DNA of 20,000 nucleotides from an uncultured virus (IMG/VR IMGVR_UViG_3300024946_000002) (IMGVR_UViG_3300024946_000002), one strand, 5' to 3'. Counted from the first letter of the stretch, positions 1 to 7,869 are shown. Notes: generated from the letters alone by a model not told the origin. Numbers and translations: made by a program.

Positions 1-459
1 CTTAGTGGTGTTGATTTCAAACCAGTGAGCAGTAATTGATAGCTTTACCCACTTTTGAATCTGCGCCCATGTTTTAGTTTCAAGCTGAGCGCCAGTGTTT
101 GCAGTGACCGTGCCTTGTGCATAAGGTCTGGTTGACATAATCCACGATACTAACCAACCAGTCATTGCAGATTTTCCAATGCCATGACCTGAGCTTACCG
201 CCTCACGAATCGCATCAACGGCATTCACGCCATCAAATCCGTGCGCTTTGACTTGTTTGCTGATGTTATCAAGAAACTCACACGCCCATACATCCGGGCC
301 GTATTTACACTTGAATCTCGATTTGTATGGTTCTTCAAGCTCAACCAATTGCAATGCAGGGTTACTATCCCACGGAAATGCAAAGATAACGTAGCCTAAT
401 GCATCGTCATAATACTTTCCTATCTCACGCGCTAAATCAATATCAGCCCTACTGAACAC
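1..459 (-). CDS. terL: Terminase large subunit, N-terminal part (runs off window start)
   Basis: Manual translation from GTG at 459: MFSRADIDLAREIGKYYDDALGYVIFAFPW...AVSSGHGIGKSAMTGWLVSWIMSTRP...TANTGAQLETKTW. The Walker A SGHGIGKS is of the epsilon15/BPP-1-type TerL. Overlaps the terS stop. Confidence 0.93.
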   Translation of the reverse strand, partial: MFSRADIDLAREIGKYYDDALGYVIFAFPWDSNPALQLVELEEPYKSRFKCKYGPDVWACEFLDNISKQVKAHGFDGVNAVDAIREAVSSGHGIGKSAMTGWLVSWIMSTRPYAQGTVTANTGAQLETKTWAQIQKWVKLSITAHWFEINTTK

Positions 460-841
460 GCGCTCTCGCTTTCGTTATCTCTGAAGCTAAGCTCAACTCA
501 CCTGTTAGCTCAACTTTCTCAGTAACAAAACCAAGCAACTTAGCCTTTGACATTGTTGCTTGATTAGCCGCACCAGCTTGCACAGTTTCAGCGGATAAAG
601 CAGCCTTTCTATTCTCATCAAGCTCATTAAGAATATCATCTAGCGTTTCTTCTCTACGCTTTTGAGCGTCTATTAAGCGCTCATCAATATATGCCTTTAC
701 CTTAACACTTGTTAACAACCTAGAGGCTTGTTGCTCAGCAGTCTTGTGAGAAAATCCAGCAGCAATAGCCGCACGTTTACCGTTGCGGTCTATTAACCAT
801 TCATCTGCAAATATTTTATGATTAGGTCTTAACTTAGCCAT
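449..841 (-). CDS. terS: Terminase small subunit
   Basis: FADEWLIDRNGKRAAIAAGFSHKTAEQQASRLL is the typical Terminase_2 HTH motif. Lies directly upstream of terL. Confidence 0.92.
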   Translation of the reverse strand: MAKLRPNHKIFADEWLIDRNGKRAAIAAGFSHKTAEQQASRLLTSVKVKAYIDERLIDAQKRREETLDDILNELDENRKAALSAETVQAGAANQATMSKAKLLGFVTEKVELTGELSLASEITKARARVQ

Positions 842-1097
842 GTGTTTTACGTTTCCTAAGCACTAACATAACCGTATGTAATGTTTCACCGCTGATAAAT
901 GCAAATGGCAATGTGTATTGAAAGTAAAAGTTACGATCTTTAACCTCTCGCTGCACTCTAAGCCACTTCATATCTATTTGCGCATTGCTATATGAAGTGA
1001 TGCATACCAAACCTAAAAGATAGTGCCTGACAGTTGCGCTACCTACTATCTGATATGCAGGGCTTTCTTTACTGAAGTCTATTGCAGTAGTATTCAT
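834..1097 (-). CDS. Hypothetical phage protein
   Basis: 87-aa ORF in operon orientation, overlapping the terS start. Confidence 0.55.
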   Translation of the reverse strand: MNTTAIDFSKESPAYQIVGSATVRHYLLGLVCITSYSNAQIDMKWLRVQREVKDRNFYFQYTLPFAFISGETLHTVMLVLRKRKTHG

Positions 1098-1141
1098 AAT
1101 AATTACACCCTACCCCATCCAATTAATCATTAGCGCACCCA

Positions 1142-1504
1142 TCATATGAAACTACGATTTTTTAACATAGCATTTAATTCAATTACTGCAGCCAGCAAAC
1201 CTTCTTGCGTTAAATCTTGTATTGGCGTACCCATGTAAGTAATTACCTCACCTGATTTTTTGTAATCTTCTATTTTTTCTTTGTAAATATCAGTCATGCC
1301 ACTATCAACGACATATTGAAGCGATTTTGATGGTATGTTCTTGCAAGCATTCATACAAAGTATCATTCTCTCTGCTGTTTCAATGCTCATGGAAGCACTG
1401 TATTCACCGTTTGCAGATCCATCATCAGCAACAACATTCCCTTCATTATCTTCTATTTCAAAATAACTCATTTCTTGAAACACTATTTTTAATGGATATT
1501 TCAT
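1142..1504 (-). CDS. Hypothetical phage protein
   Basis: 120-aa ORF with AGAGGA SD upstream. The AERMILCMNACKNIP motif resembles common small phage proteins. Confidence 0.75.
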   Translation of the reverse strand: MKYPLKIVFQEMSYFEIEDNEGNVVADDGSANGEYSASMSIETAERMILCMNACKNIPSKSLQYVVDSGMTDIYKEKIEDYKKSGEVITYMGTPIQDLTQEGLLAAVIELNAMLKNRSFI

Positions 1505-1516
1505 TTTGTCCTCTTT

Positions 1517-1705
1517 TCAATTGCACCAAGTGCGATAACTTAATATATCACGTACCGTTCTGATGCTCACTTTAGCAAGCTTTGATAGGCGCTTGTAACC
1601 CCACTGAAACACTTCATGCAGATGCCTAAGCATATCCACCTGATTTGAAGTTAATTTGTGCTTGTGATGTGATTCACCATATCTTGAATTTTTCATGCTA
1701 TTCAC
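1517..1705 (-). CDS. Small HTH DNA-binding protein (resembles the C-terminal DNA-binding module of HNH homing endonucleases, stand-alone)
   Basis: GESHHKHKLTSNQVDMLR...GYKRLSKLAKVSIRTVRDILSYRTW matches the GExHxxxKLTxxQV...LAxxxxVSxxTVxxI....W pattern. Confidence 0.7.
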   Translation of the reverse strand: MNSMKNSRYGESHHKHKLTSNQVDMLRHLHEVFQWGYKRLSKLAKVSIRTVRDILSYRTWCN

Positions 1706-1910
1706 CCCTTAACCTATCAGGCAAAATTACCTCGTCACCACTAAAAACCATTTCATGCGCAAACTTTTTTGCACCACCAGGCAGATGTACTAAGTAGCCT
1801 TGATTCTTAATCACGGTGTAGCAGCACTTAATGCCGTTCACGATGATGACTTCTGAATCAGTCCAGCTTGATGTTTTATTGTTGAAAATGGCTTCTAGCT
1901 GTTTGTTCAT
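1698..1910 (-). CDS. Hypothetical phage protein
   Basis: 70-aa ORF abutting the upstream stop and overlapping the downstream start. Confidence 0.65.
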   Translation of the reverse strand: MNKQLEAIFNNKTSSWTDSEVIIVNGIKCCYTVIKNQGYLVHLPGGAKKFAHEMVFSGDEVILPDRLRGE

Positions 1911-2336
1911 CTAAAACATCCCCATGGTTGATCCAATGTAAACTTTTGGCGCCTTGTGCTCCTGTCTGCGAAGCGCGTCCGTCTGCTCGTGAAGTTTAAT
2001 AAGCCGCTTGTTCTTATTTGGCTGAACAATCATGTTTGGCGACCACTTAAGTTCATCTACTACTGTTTTTTTCAATATCACGCGATTGCGCGTTTTCTCG
2101 CTTACTTGCTTAACGATTCCACCTTTAGATACGTGGTCTGCCAATGCCTGATATTGCATAGGTTTTGTGCCATCTTTAACAATGATTGCCAATCCGCTTT
2201 CAATCAACCGCCCTAAATGAGATCTGGTATTTCTATCGTGCCATCCAAAGTGAGTAGCAATCTCTTTGCTGGTCTTTGGTGTACTTATAAAACATAAAAT
2301 GTCGCTGTATCGTTGATAATTGTGATCTTTAGGCAT
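1911..2336 (-). CDS. Winged-HTH DNA-binding protein (possible transcription regulator)
   Basis: N-terminal PKTSKEIATHFGWHDRNTRSHLGRLIESGLA is a wHTH pattern. TAATG-coupled to ninG. Confidence 0.7.
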   Translation of the reverse strand: MPKDHNYQRYSDILCFISTPKTSKEIATHFGWHDRNTRSHLGRLIESGLAIIVKDGTKPMQYQALADHVSKGGIVKQVSEKTRNRVILKKTVVDELKWSPNMIVQPNKNKRLIKLHEQTDALRRQEHKAPKVYIGSTMGMF

Positions 2337-2929
2337 TACGCTGCTAACCTTTCTTGTTCTTTTTTTGCTTCTTTAATCATTAATTTAAACTTTGCGATCA
2401 ATTCTTTACACTCATCTACGGTGTAGCGGTGTATCTCGTTGTAGTTCTCTATAAATTCAAATCGCTCCATGCCTATTTTCTTTATCAGTCGTGGGCGGTA
2501 ATAGAATGTATTGCCGCTTAAATGCACATTGCAGTTATTGCTACATTGCTTGTGTATGTTGTCTAGGTGAAATCGCAACTGTGGTGCTGCCTTCACAGTG
2601 CGGTAATGCCCTGCATCGTATTTAATTTTTGGATTAGTCGTTCCGCAGCTGATACACGGCTCGTAAAAATCTCTTAACTTCACATACTGGTTACAGTAGC
2701 GCTCTACAATCTTTAACCACTTTGATAGTGGCCTACTCTCTTCAAGCTTCGCTTTTGTTTCTTTCCTAATGCGCTTGGCTTCACTTGCCTCACGTTTAAT
2801 GCGTAAGTTTTCTGCATGGACTGCCGCACATTGCCAATTGCATACAGACTGCATAGGCTTGGCCGGAATAAACTTTTTCGGGCAGGCTTTACATTTCTTT
2901 GGCTTTGGTTGTTTGGCTGGTTTAATCAT
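2336..2929 (-). CDS. ninG: NinG/Rap-family recombination endonuclease
   Basis: KKCKAC..F......Q.VC...CA zinc motif, plus YVKLRD..EPCISCG, DAGHYR...AAPQLRFHLDNIHKQCSNNCNVHLSGN...YR..LI.KIG. Confidence 0.92.
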   Translation of the reverse strand: MIKPAKQPKPKKCKACPKKFIPAKPMQSVCNWQCAAVHAENLRIKREASEAKRIRKETKAKLEESRPLSKWLKIVERYCNQYVKLRDFYEPCISCGTTNPKIKYDAGHYRTVKAAPQLRFHLDNIHKQCSNNCNVHLSGNTFYYRPRLIKKIGMERFEFIENYNEIHRYTVDECKELIAKFKLMIKEAKKEQERLAA

Positions 2930-3363
2930 GCCGCCCTCTTCTCTTCAATCTCTTGATAAAAAGCATTCAACTCAGCTATGCAATCGTTGTATAAATTGGT
3001 TGTTTGGCGCTTCCAGAAAGAATCGTAGAACGTGACCAAGTTACGTAATGCAGCTAACTCATCGCTATACACTCGAAACTTACCTGTGCTTTGATAGCGC
3101 TCTAAAATCAACTTAGCTAAAAAGTTAATGGCTTTCACTGATTCTTTTAGCCCTTCGTCTGCTTTGTAATTAGCGGCAATATTTAATGTGTTGGCCATGC
3201 GGATTAGGTAATCGTACTCATCGCGTGTCGCGGTACCGAACTGAAAAGCATTGAGCATCGCAAACTCTTCTTTGCCTTCAACCGTGTCATTCATTACTCG
3301 ATTAACTAGCATTGGCACGCTGGCATGTGATGGCTTGTATTTTTTATTGCGTTTCTTACTCAT
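2926..3363 (-). CDS. Hypothetical phage protein (helical, basic N-terminus)
   Basis: 145-aa ORF with ATGA overlaps at both ends. Confidence 0.8.
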   Translation of the reverse strand: MSKKRNKKYKPSHASVPMLVNRVMNDTVEGKEEFAMLNAFQFGTATRDEYDYLIRMANTLNIAANYKADEGLKESVKAINFLAKLILERYQSTGKFRVYSDELAALRNLVTFYDSFWKRQTTNLYNDCIAELNAFYQEIEEKRAA

Positions 3364-3899
3364 AAAAACCCCACCACCTTATTCATCACATCATCCAATT
3401 CATTACGGCCTGCGTAGTTTGTTAACACCTTCTCAAGCACTACCGTTGCCACCGCGCTATAAACCTGTTCAAACTGAACATCATCCATACTGGCAAAGCT
3501 GATTGATTGCGCTTCTAAACGCATTTCGCCATCTAGGTTGAATGTCTGCTCGTAAAATCCTGCTTGGATCACTACATCTTTACGGAATCTCTCAAAGCTC
3601 TTTGCTACTGGCTGGCCTTTGTACTGTTTGTGCTTACGCTCTGGGTGCCATGCCTCAAAAGCAAAGTTCAAAAGCGCGAAGAATTTGCGATGAAACTTAC
3701 CGTTACGAGGGAATATCGCCTCGAAGTCCACAATCTCACCTACTTCAAGGTTGTTTACTCGCTTCCAAAACCTGCGCCATGCTTTATGGTCTTGTTCTGA
3801 TACACCACCAATCACGCTGAATAGGTACTCGTACAGCACTTCTTTCTGCTGTTCTGATAGCTCTACATCAGCGCGTTTGGTTATGGTGAAGTCGCTCAT
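3360..3899 (-). CDS. DUF1367-family protein (nin region)
   Basis: PRNGKFHRKFFALLNFAFEAW...KSFERFRKDVVIQAGFY...SISFASMDDVQFEQVYSAV. The start is probably the ATG at 3899 (ATGA overlap) rather than 3923. Confidence 0.85.
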   Translation of the reverse strand: MSDFTITKRADVELSEQQKEVLYEYLFSVIGGVSEQDHKAWRRFWKRVNNLEVGEIVDFEAIFPRNGKFHRKFFALLNFAFEAWHPERKHKQYKGQPVAKSFERFRKDVVIQAGFYEQTFNLDGEMRLEAQSISFASMDDVQFEQVYSAVATVVLEKVLTNYAGRNELDDVMNKVVGFL

Positions 3900-4105
3900 G
3901 CTTCTGGGTTCCACATTTGCCACTTATCGCGGCAACTAGCACAGCACCAACGCGCACCATTTACAGTTTCGCCAGTACACTCTAGGCATACAGTTGATTT
4001 AATAGCTGGCTTAACCTTGGACTGTATCGCCGCCACACCTGCATCACGCTCACGCTGCGCAAGGTCTGCGCCTAGGTCTAATGGATCGGAATGTTGCTCG
4101 CTCAT
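3896..4105 (-). CDS. DksA/TraR-like C4 zinc-finger protein
   Basis: SDPLDLGADLAQRER acidic helix followed by CLEC...RWCCASCRD. Confidence 0.7.
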   Translation of the reverse strand: MSEQHSDPLDLGADLAQRERDAGVAAIQSKVKPAIKSTVCLECTGETVNGARWCCASCRDKWQMWNPEA

Positions 4106-4107
4106 AC

Positions 4108-4488
4108 CTAGCCCAAATCCGATACAGAATCAGCAGCTGTTTTAACTACGCCAATGGTTTCAGGAATCGGGAAACCTGTTTGCTTGCGTGCACCTTCGTG
4201 TAGTGACTGCTTAAGCAAATAGCCTTCTAGCGCCCATATCTTTTCGCGTGCATTTTGGTAAGCGATTTTTTTACCAATTTCTGCATCAAAGTTTTCAGGA
4301 CTAATGCATGCACTTTCACCAACAACATGCGTGCCGTTTTTAAGCGTGATTACACAAACTGTTAAGGTTGTGCCTTCTGGTTGCCAGTATTGGCCGCCTA
4401 TCATCACACCATCAATAAGTTCTGGCGTTAAACGTGGTGCATTTAAACCTTTGGCTTTAATTTCTTGCTCAATTTGCTGTTCGCTCAT
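4108..4488 (-). CDS. acb2: Acb2-like (N4 gp49/gp66 family) cyclic-nucleotide sponge, anti-CBASS
   Basis: EQEIKAKGLNAPRLTP..ID...LTVCVITLKNG..VVGESACISPENFDAEIGKKIAYQNAREKIWALEGYLLKQ is the hallmark Gp49/Acb2 sequence. Alternative starts extend to 4497. Confidence 0.88.
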   Translation of the reverse strand: MSEQQIEQEIKAKGLNAPRLTPELIDGVMIGGQYWQPEGTTLTVCVITLKNGTHVVGESACISPENFDAEIGKKIAYQNAREKIWALEGYLLKQSLHEGARKQTGFPIPETIGVVKTAADSVSDLG

Positions 4489-4523
4489 AATCATCATCCT
4501 TTTCTATTAAAAATTACTGCTGG

Positions 4524-5033
4524 TTACTCTACAATTTGCCAATCATCAGCAAGCATGTCTGACTGACTAGCAAGCCAACCCATAAGAATTTCACCTGATG
4601 CTGTTTTCATGAGGATGTATGGGAGCACTTCGGCTGAGCCACCGTTTAATTCAGCATGGTTGCGCGTATGTTTATTCCAGAATTTCTCTGCTGGTAATGA
4701 TTTAGCGCCTTCACCTTTAGCAATCCACATGCCTTTGCCATTCCAACCAGCGCGTGCAACTTTTTTACCTTGGCCCATTGCATCCAATGCAAGCCCAAAA
4801 CTTAAGCCATCAACTGCTCTGTAAGCATTATCAAACTGCTCTTTAGGTGACCATGAAACATAGCCTGCATATTGCTCAGTGTTAGGCTTGCCGCCATCTT
4901 TGTACTCGACTAAATAGCCTTCATCATTACCGTTCTCATTTGCTGGCAATGTCCATCCGCGAAACTCGTTGTAAGCTAAGCGTGTCATTGGAATTGCATT
5001 GATAATCTTGGTGCCGATATATGTTTTCATCAC
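4524..5033 (-). CDS. tad2: Two-domain protein: N-terminal SWSPK domain plus C-terminal DUF2829 (Tad2-like sponge, anti-Thoeris)
   Basis: C-terminal LSFGLALDAMGQGKKVARAGWNGKGMWI...PYILMKTA.G...GWLASQSDMLADDWQIV is DUF2829/Tad2. The N-terminal KTYIGTK...GYLVEYKDGG...YVSWSPKEQFDNAY is a separate domain. Confidence 0.82.
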   Translation of the reverse strand: MMKTYIGTKIINAIPMTRLAYNEFRGWTLPANENGNDEGYLVEYKDGGKPNTEQYAGYVSWSPKEQFDNAYRAVDGLSFGLALDAMGQGKKVARAGWNGKGMWIAKGEGAKSLPAEKFWNKHTRNHAELNGGSAEVLPYILMKTASGEILMGWLASQSDMLADDWQIVE

Positions 5034-5034
5034 A

Positions 5035-5226
5035 TCATCCTTGTTTAAAAAGTTGTTTAATCTCAGCTCTTGATTGAGCTACCGTCTTTACTGCTTTCAC
5101 TTCACTCTCACCGTTGGCTTTCTTTTCACCAGTGAATACTTGATTTCCATTTGTTGCGCGGTAGGTGAAGCTAAAACCTGCCGCATGCATTTCATTGATG
5201 AATTGATTGCAGGTTTTCTCGGTCAT
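5035..5226 (-). CDS. Hypothetical small phage protein
   Basis: 63 aa, with AAGGAG SD and an ATGA overlap with the upstream gene. Confidence 0.75.
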   Translation of the reverse strand: MTEKTCNQFINEMHAAGFSFTYRATNGNQVFTGEKKANGESEVKAVKTVAQSRAEIKQLFKQG

Positions 5227-5966
5227 GCGGACAACTCCTTCTTTGCCATTTCACAAAATATTCCACACTGAATTTCTGGCTCTGATTGGTAGTTTCCAGT
5301 GTTAGGCTCTAATTCATCGAGGAATGACCGTTCTTCTTCAATACGAATCATGCGAACATTTAAGCGTCTTGATTCTTTAGCCATGTAATTAAAAGTTTCT
5401 GGGAAATCATTTCTAATTTTGTTCCAGTAGCCTTGACCAGTTGATTTAACACACCCAATGCAGTTGTTATGCTGATAACCAAGTTTGTACATTGTCGGTA
5501 TTTCTATTCCAGCATCTTCAATAATTGCCAAACAATCAGAATGTTCTAGTCCACGTTCAATTAATGGTGAAACAGCATCAATATTGTTTGCATCTAAAAA
5601 TCTATCCCAACGGTCTTGCTCTTCTGCACAGTATCCGAACACATGTTTGTCAGTAGGTAATTGAAAATCAATGCGCAAATCTTTCTTTAACCTGCCTGTG
5701 CATGGCGCACCATCTACGCCTGATATATAACCTCGCTGCTTAATTACTTCACGCACTGAACCGTTAAACTTTTTGTTAATTAATTGTGTTATAGGCATGC
5801 CAAACCACTTTTCACAATCCTTGGAGAACCTGTCATTGTCCTCATGTTCTTCAAACACGATCGCGCGAACAATCACAATGTTTTCTTTTCCATATTGTGA
5901 TATTGCCAACTTGGTTGCAACGGCACTGGCGACACCGCAAGAGAACCAACAAACTATTCTGCTCAT
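5223..5966 (-). CDS. PAPS-reductase-like (adenine nucleotide alpha-hydrolase/PP-loop) Cys-rich phage protein
   Basis: N-terminal IVCWFSCGVASAVA (PP-loop-like), EEHEDN.RF..DCEKWFG, GAPCT..LKK, MYKLGY.HNNCIGCVK...GYWNKIR.DFPE, QCGIFCE. Confidence 0.8.
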   Translation of the reverse strand: MSRIVCWFSCGVASAVATKLAISQYGKENIVIVRAIVFEEHEDNDRFSKDCEKWFGMPITQLINKKFNGSVREVIKQRGYISGVDGAPCTGRLKKDLRIDFQLPTDKHVFGYCAEEQDRWDRFLDANNIDAVSPLIERGLEHSDCLAIIEDAGIEIPTMYKLGYQHNNCIGCVKSTGQGYWNKIRNDFPETFNYMAKESRRLNVRMIRIEEERSFLDELEPNTGNYQSEPEIQCGIFCEMAKKELSA

Positions 5967-6442
5967 GCCGTCATCGCCTCAACTTCTTTTGCAAGCTTCA
6001 ATGAAATATCTGGGTATGCTTTCGGGTTAGCCAGAATCGGTTTAATCCATGCGCGGAAATCAGTGCGACTTTTTGCCGTCATTGACGTTGATATTTCAGT
6101 CATACGCTCATGGTTCTTTTGCAGCTCTTCTTGCGTAAACTGTCTACCAATTGCTTTGGTCATTTCGCTTGGCGAACTGGCTTTGCATAACTGCACAAAC
6201 TCTGGCAATGTTGGGGGAAATCTCAAATTGTCAGCGCAATAATCAACTGCTTTAAACACCGCTTTTGAACTCATGCCTGATAGTTTCAATTGCCATTCCG
6301 CTTTCACAGAATCAACAGGCACGTCCGACCACATATCAATCCAATGCTTGCCGTAAAAACTAGCCATGCGCAGAAATAAGCGATCTATCGGGTTCTGTTG
6401 TGTAGTCTGATACATCGATGATTCTTGGCTGGTTGTCTGCAT
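5963..6442 (-). CDS. Replication protein P-like helicase loader
   Basis: IDRLFLRMASFYGKHW..W......K.EW...L......V......C....FPPTLPEFVQLCK. Follows the initiator gene. The likely start is the ATG at 6442 with a GGAGA SD, overlapping the initiator 3' end. Confidence 0.72.
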   Translation of the reverse strand: MQTTSQESSMYQTTQQNPIDRLFLRMASFYGKHWIDMWSDVPVDSVKAEWQLKLSGMSSKAVFKAVDYCADNLRFPPTLPEFVQLCKASSPSEMTKAIGRQFTQEELQKNHERMTEISTSMTAKSRTDFRAWIKPILANPKAYPDISLKLAKEVEAMTA

Positions 6443-7253
6443 TTGTAATATCTCCGAACATGGCTTTAGCCGTTGCACTGCGTTTATCGTGAATTGATTG
6501 TGATTTCTGTGGTGCGCTTGGTAGTGCGCCTTTGTGTAAAACAAGCTTTGCTGCCTCTTCTCGCTGGCGCTTAACTATCCCGAGGGCATAACCAAACCCT
6601 TTGCCACTAGAGGCGGCCTTCTTTGCTGCATCGACAAATTCAGCTTCCGTAGCGCCTGCATCAATAAGCGCTATGAGCGTTGGGTTTGATTGGCTCATAT
6701 CGGTGAGCGCTTTGTTTTGCAAATCGAATTGAATTTTTATTGCAGCACACACAATGCCGATTGGAGTTTTCTCAAAAACATTACAATCTTCTACAGTGTG
6801 TGTTTCTTTATTGGTTTTAAATTGGTGTCTGGTGTCTGGTGTGTGGTTAGTGCTATTTTCGTGTTCACTTCGTTGCACGTTATCAGCACGATTCGTGCTA
6901 TCTTCGTTGCTTGACTTTGCTTCTTTTGCAGCACGTCTTTTTGCTTCTCGTGCTAGCGCTATTTCACGATTCGTATTTGCCTGCTCACCAGCTTTTTGTA
7001 TTTCAGCTTCAATGCGTGAATGCATCAGCCCACTATCAACAACCTCAAAGAAGCCAATAACAGCCTTCACAGCTTTGCGCTCAATAGGACTTACTGCGCC
7101 AGCTATCCTGCACAATGCATCTATGTTGTTTGGTAGTGGTTTTTCAGTAGCGTAGTAGTGATGCATAAGTGATAAATAAGCGCCACGCTCAGTTAGGCTT
7201 AAATGGCCTGTGTCACGCTGAAAGTCGCCTATGTAATGTTTGTAGAAATTCAC
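6360..7253 (-). CDS. DUF1376/YdaU-family phage replication initiator (O-like)
   Basis: MNFYKHYIGDFQRDTGHLSLTERGAYLSLMHHYYATEKPLP is the DUF1376 N-terminus. A low-complexity linker carries iteron-like repeats. GTG start. Confidence 0.88.
   Translation of the reverse strand: MNFYKHYIGDFQRDTGHLSLTERGAYLSLMHHYYATEKPLPNNIDALCRIAGAVSPIERKAVKAVIGFFEVVDSGLMHSRIEAEIQKAGEQANTNREIALAREAKRRAAKEAKSSNEDSTNRADNVQRSEHENSTNHTPDTRHQFKTNKETHTVEDCNVFEKTPIGIVCAAIKIQFDLQNKALTDMSQSNPTLIALIDAGATEAEFVDAAKKAASSGKGFGYALGIVKRQREEAAKLVLHKGALPSAPQKSQSIHDKRSATAKAMFGDITNADNQPRIIDVSDYTTEPDRSLISAHG
6803..6974. repeat. Putative replication origin inside the initiator gene (iteron-like repeats plus AT-rich tract)
   Basis: GTGCTATYTTCGT at 6850 and 6895, CTTCGTTGC at 6868 and 6902, palindrome AGCACGA-T-TCGTGCT at 6885-6899, CACGATTCGT again at 6965, TGGTGTC tandem at 6823-6843, AT-rich 6803-6823. 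Confidence 0.6.
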
Positions 7254-7351
7254 ATCAAGCCTTGCATCAAGCCATTAATAGGGTGCTGGCATGTACCGTG
7301 GGCTTGAATCACGGTAACGGTGTGTACGCACCTGCCAGCATTGATAAACAT
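7250..7351 (-). CDS. 33-aa leader ORF coupled to the replication initiator
   Basis: The ATG lies immediately after the upstream TAA. MFINAGRCVHTVTVIQAHGTCQHPINGLMQGLM*, with the stop overlapping the initiator GTG (GTGA). Confidence 0.45.
   Translation of the reverse strand: MFINAGRCVHTVTVIQAHGTCQHPINGLMQGLM
7253..7340 (-). promoter_or_regulatory. Structured RNA element (three-way junction) whose loop is complementary to two repeats at the initiator start
   Basis: Stems TGCTGGCA/TGCCAGCA (7284-91/7333-40), TACCGTG/CACGGTA (7294-7300/7310-16) and GGTG/CACC. Loop GGCTTGA (7301-07) is complementary to TCAAGCC at 7255 and 7267. Confidence 0.6.
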
Positions 7352-7615
7352 TTAAGCCGCCACCTTCAACTGCAATGCTTCAACCGTCTTGCCTGTCGTT
7401 GTATCTTTCTTTGTGCCAACAATCTCAATCACGGTATCAATCATGCTGTTTACGCGAGCGCTAACGGTGCTTGTTTCAATACCTGATAGCTGTGCTAACT
7501 CTCTGCGTGTATAAACCTTTGCAGGCTGCATAACGCTCACAATTTTTAATTGCTGCGCTTGTAGCTTTTGAGATTTTTTATGCTCGTAAAAAGCATCTAA
7601 AGAAGTGTCTTTCAT
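7352..7615 (-). CDS. Winged-HTH DNA-binding protein
   Basis: YTRRELAQLSGIETSTVSARVNSMI HTH. Typical position between cII and the replication genes. Confidence 0.8.
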   Translation of the reverse strand: MKDTSLDAFYEHKKSQKLQAQQLKIVSVMQPAKVYTRRELAQLSGIETSTVSARVNSMIDTVIEIVGTKKDTTTGKTVEALQLKVAA

Positions 7616-7617
7616 CT

Positions 7618-7860
7618 TTAATCTTCCTCTCTTCGTGCTAACTCATCTTCAACATCGCCCTGAAAAAGTACCGTTTTGGTACTTTCGTCATCAGCTGCGC
7701 CAGAGGATAATTTCTTCATGGCGTTATCTCTAATAAACCTAGTCACCAAAACACGTAAGCAGGCAGAATCACTGAGGCCCACGGCTTCCGCATCGCTATG
7801 GAATGAAAGATATTGGTCTGCTGTTAATCCTGCTTTAACAATTACATCGTGCTTAGCCAT
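7618..7860 (-). CDS. Small regulator at the cII position (ribbon-helix-helix-like)
   Basis: VIVKAGLTADQYLSFHSDAEAVGLSDSACLRVLVTRFI beta-alpha-alpha pattern. AAGGA SD, directly downstream of cro. Confidence 0.6.
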   Translation of the reverse strand: MAKHDVIVKAGLTADQYLSFHSDAEAVGLSDSACLRVLVTRFIRDNAMKKLSSGAADDESTKTVLFQGDVEDELARREED

Positions 7861-7869
7861 AGTTGGTCC

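Noticed and set aside
6443..6544. Long N-terminal extension of the P-like ORF (start 6544)
   Set aside because: It lies deep inside the initiator gene, and the ATG at 6442 has a good GGAGA SD.
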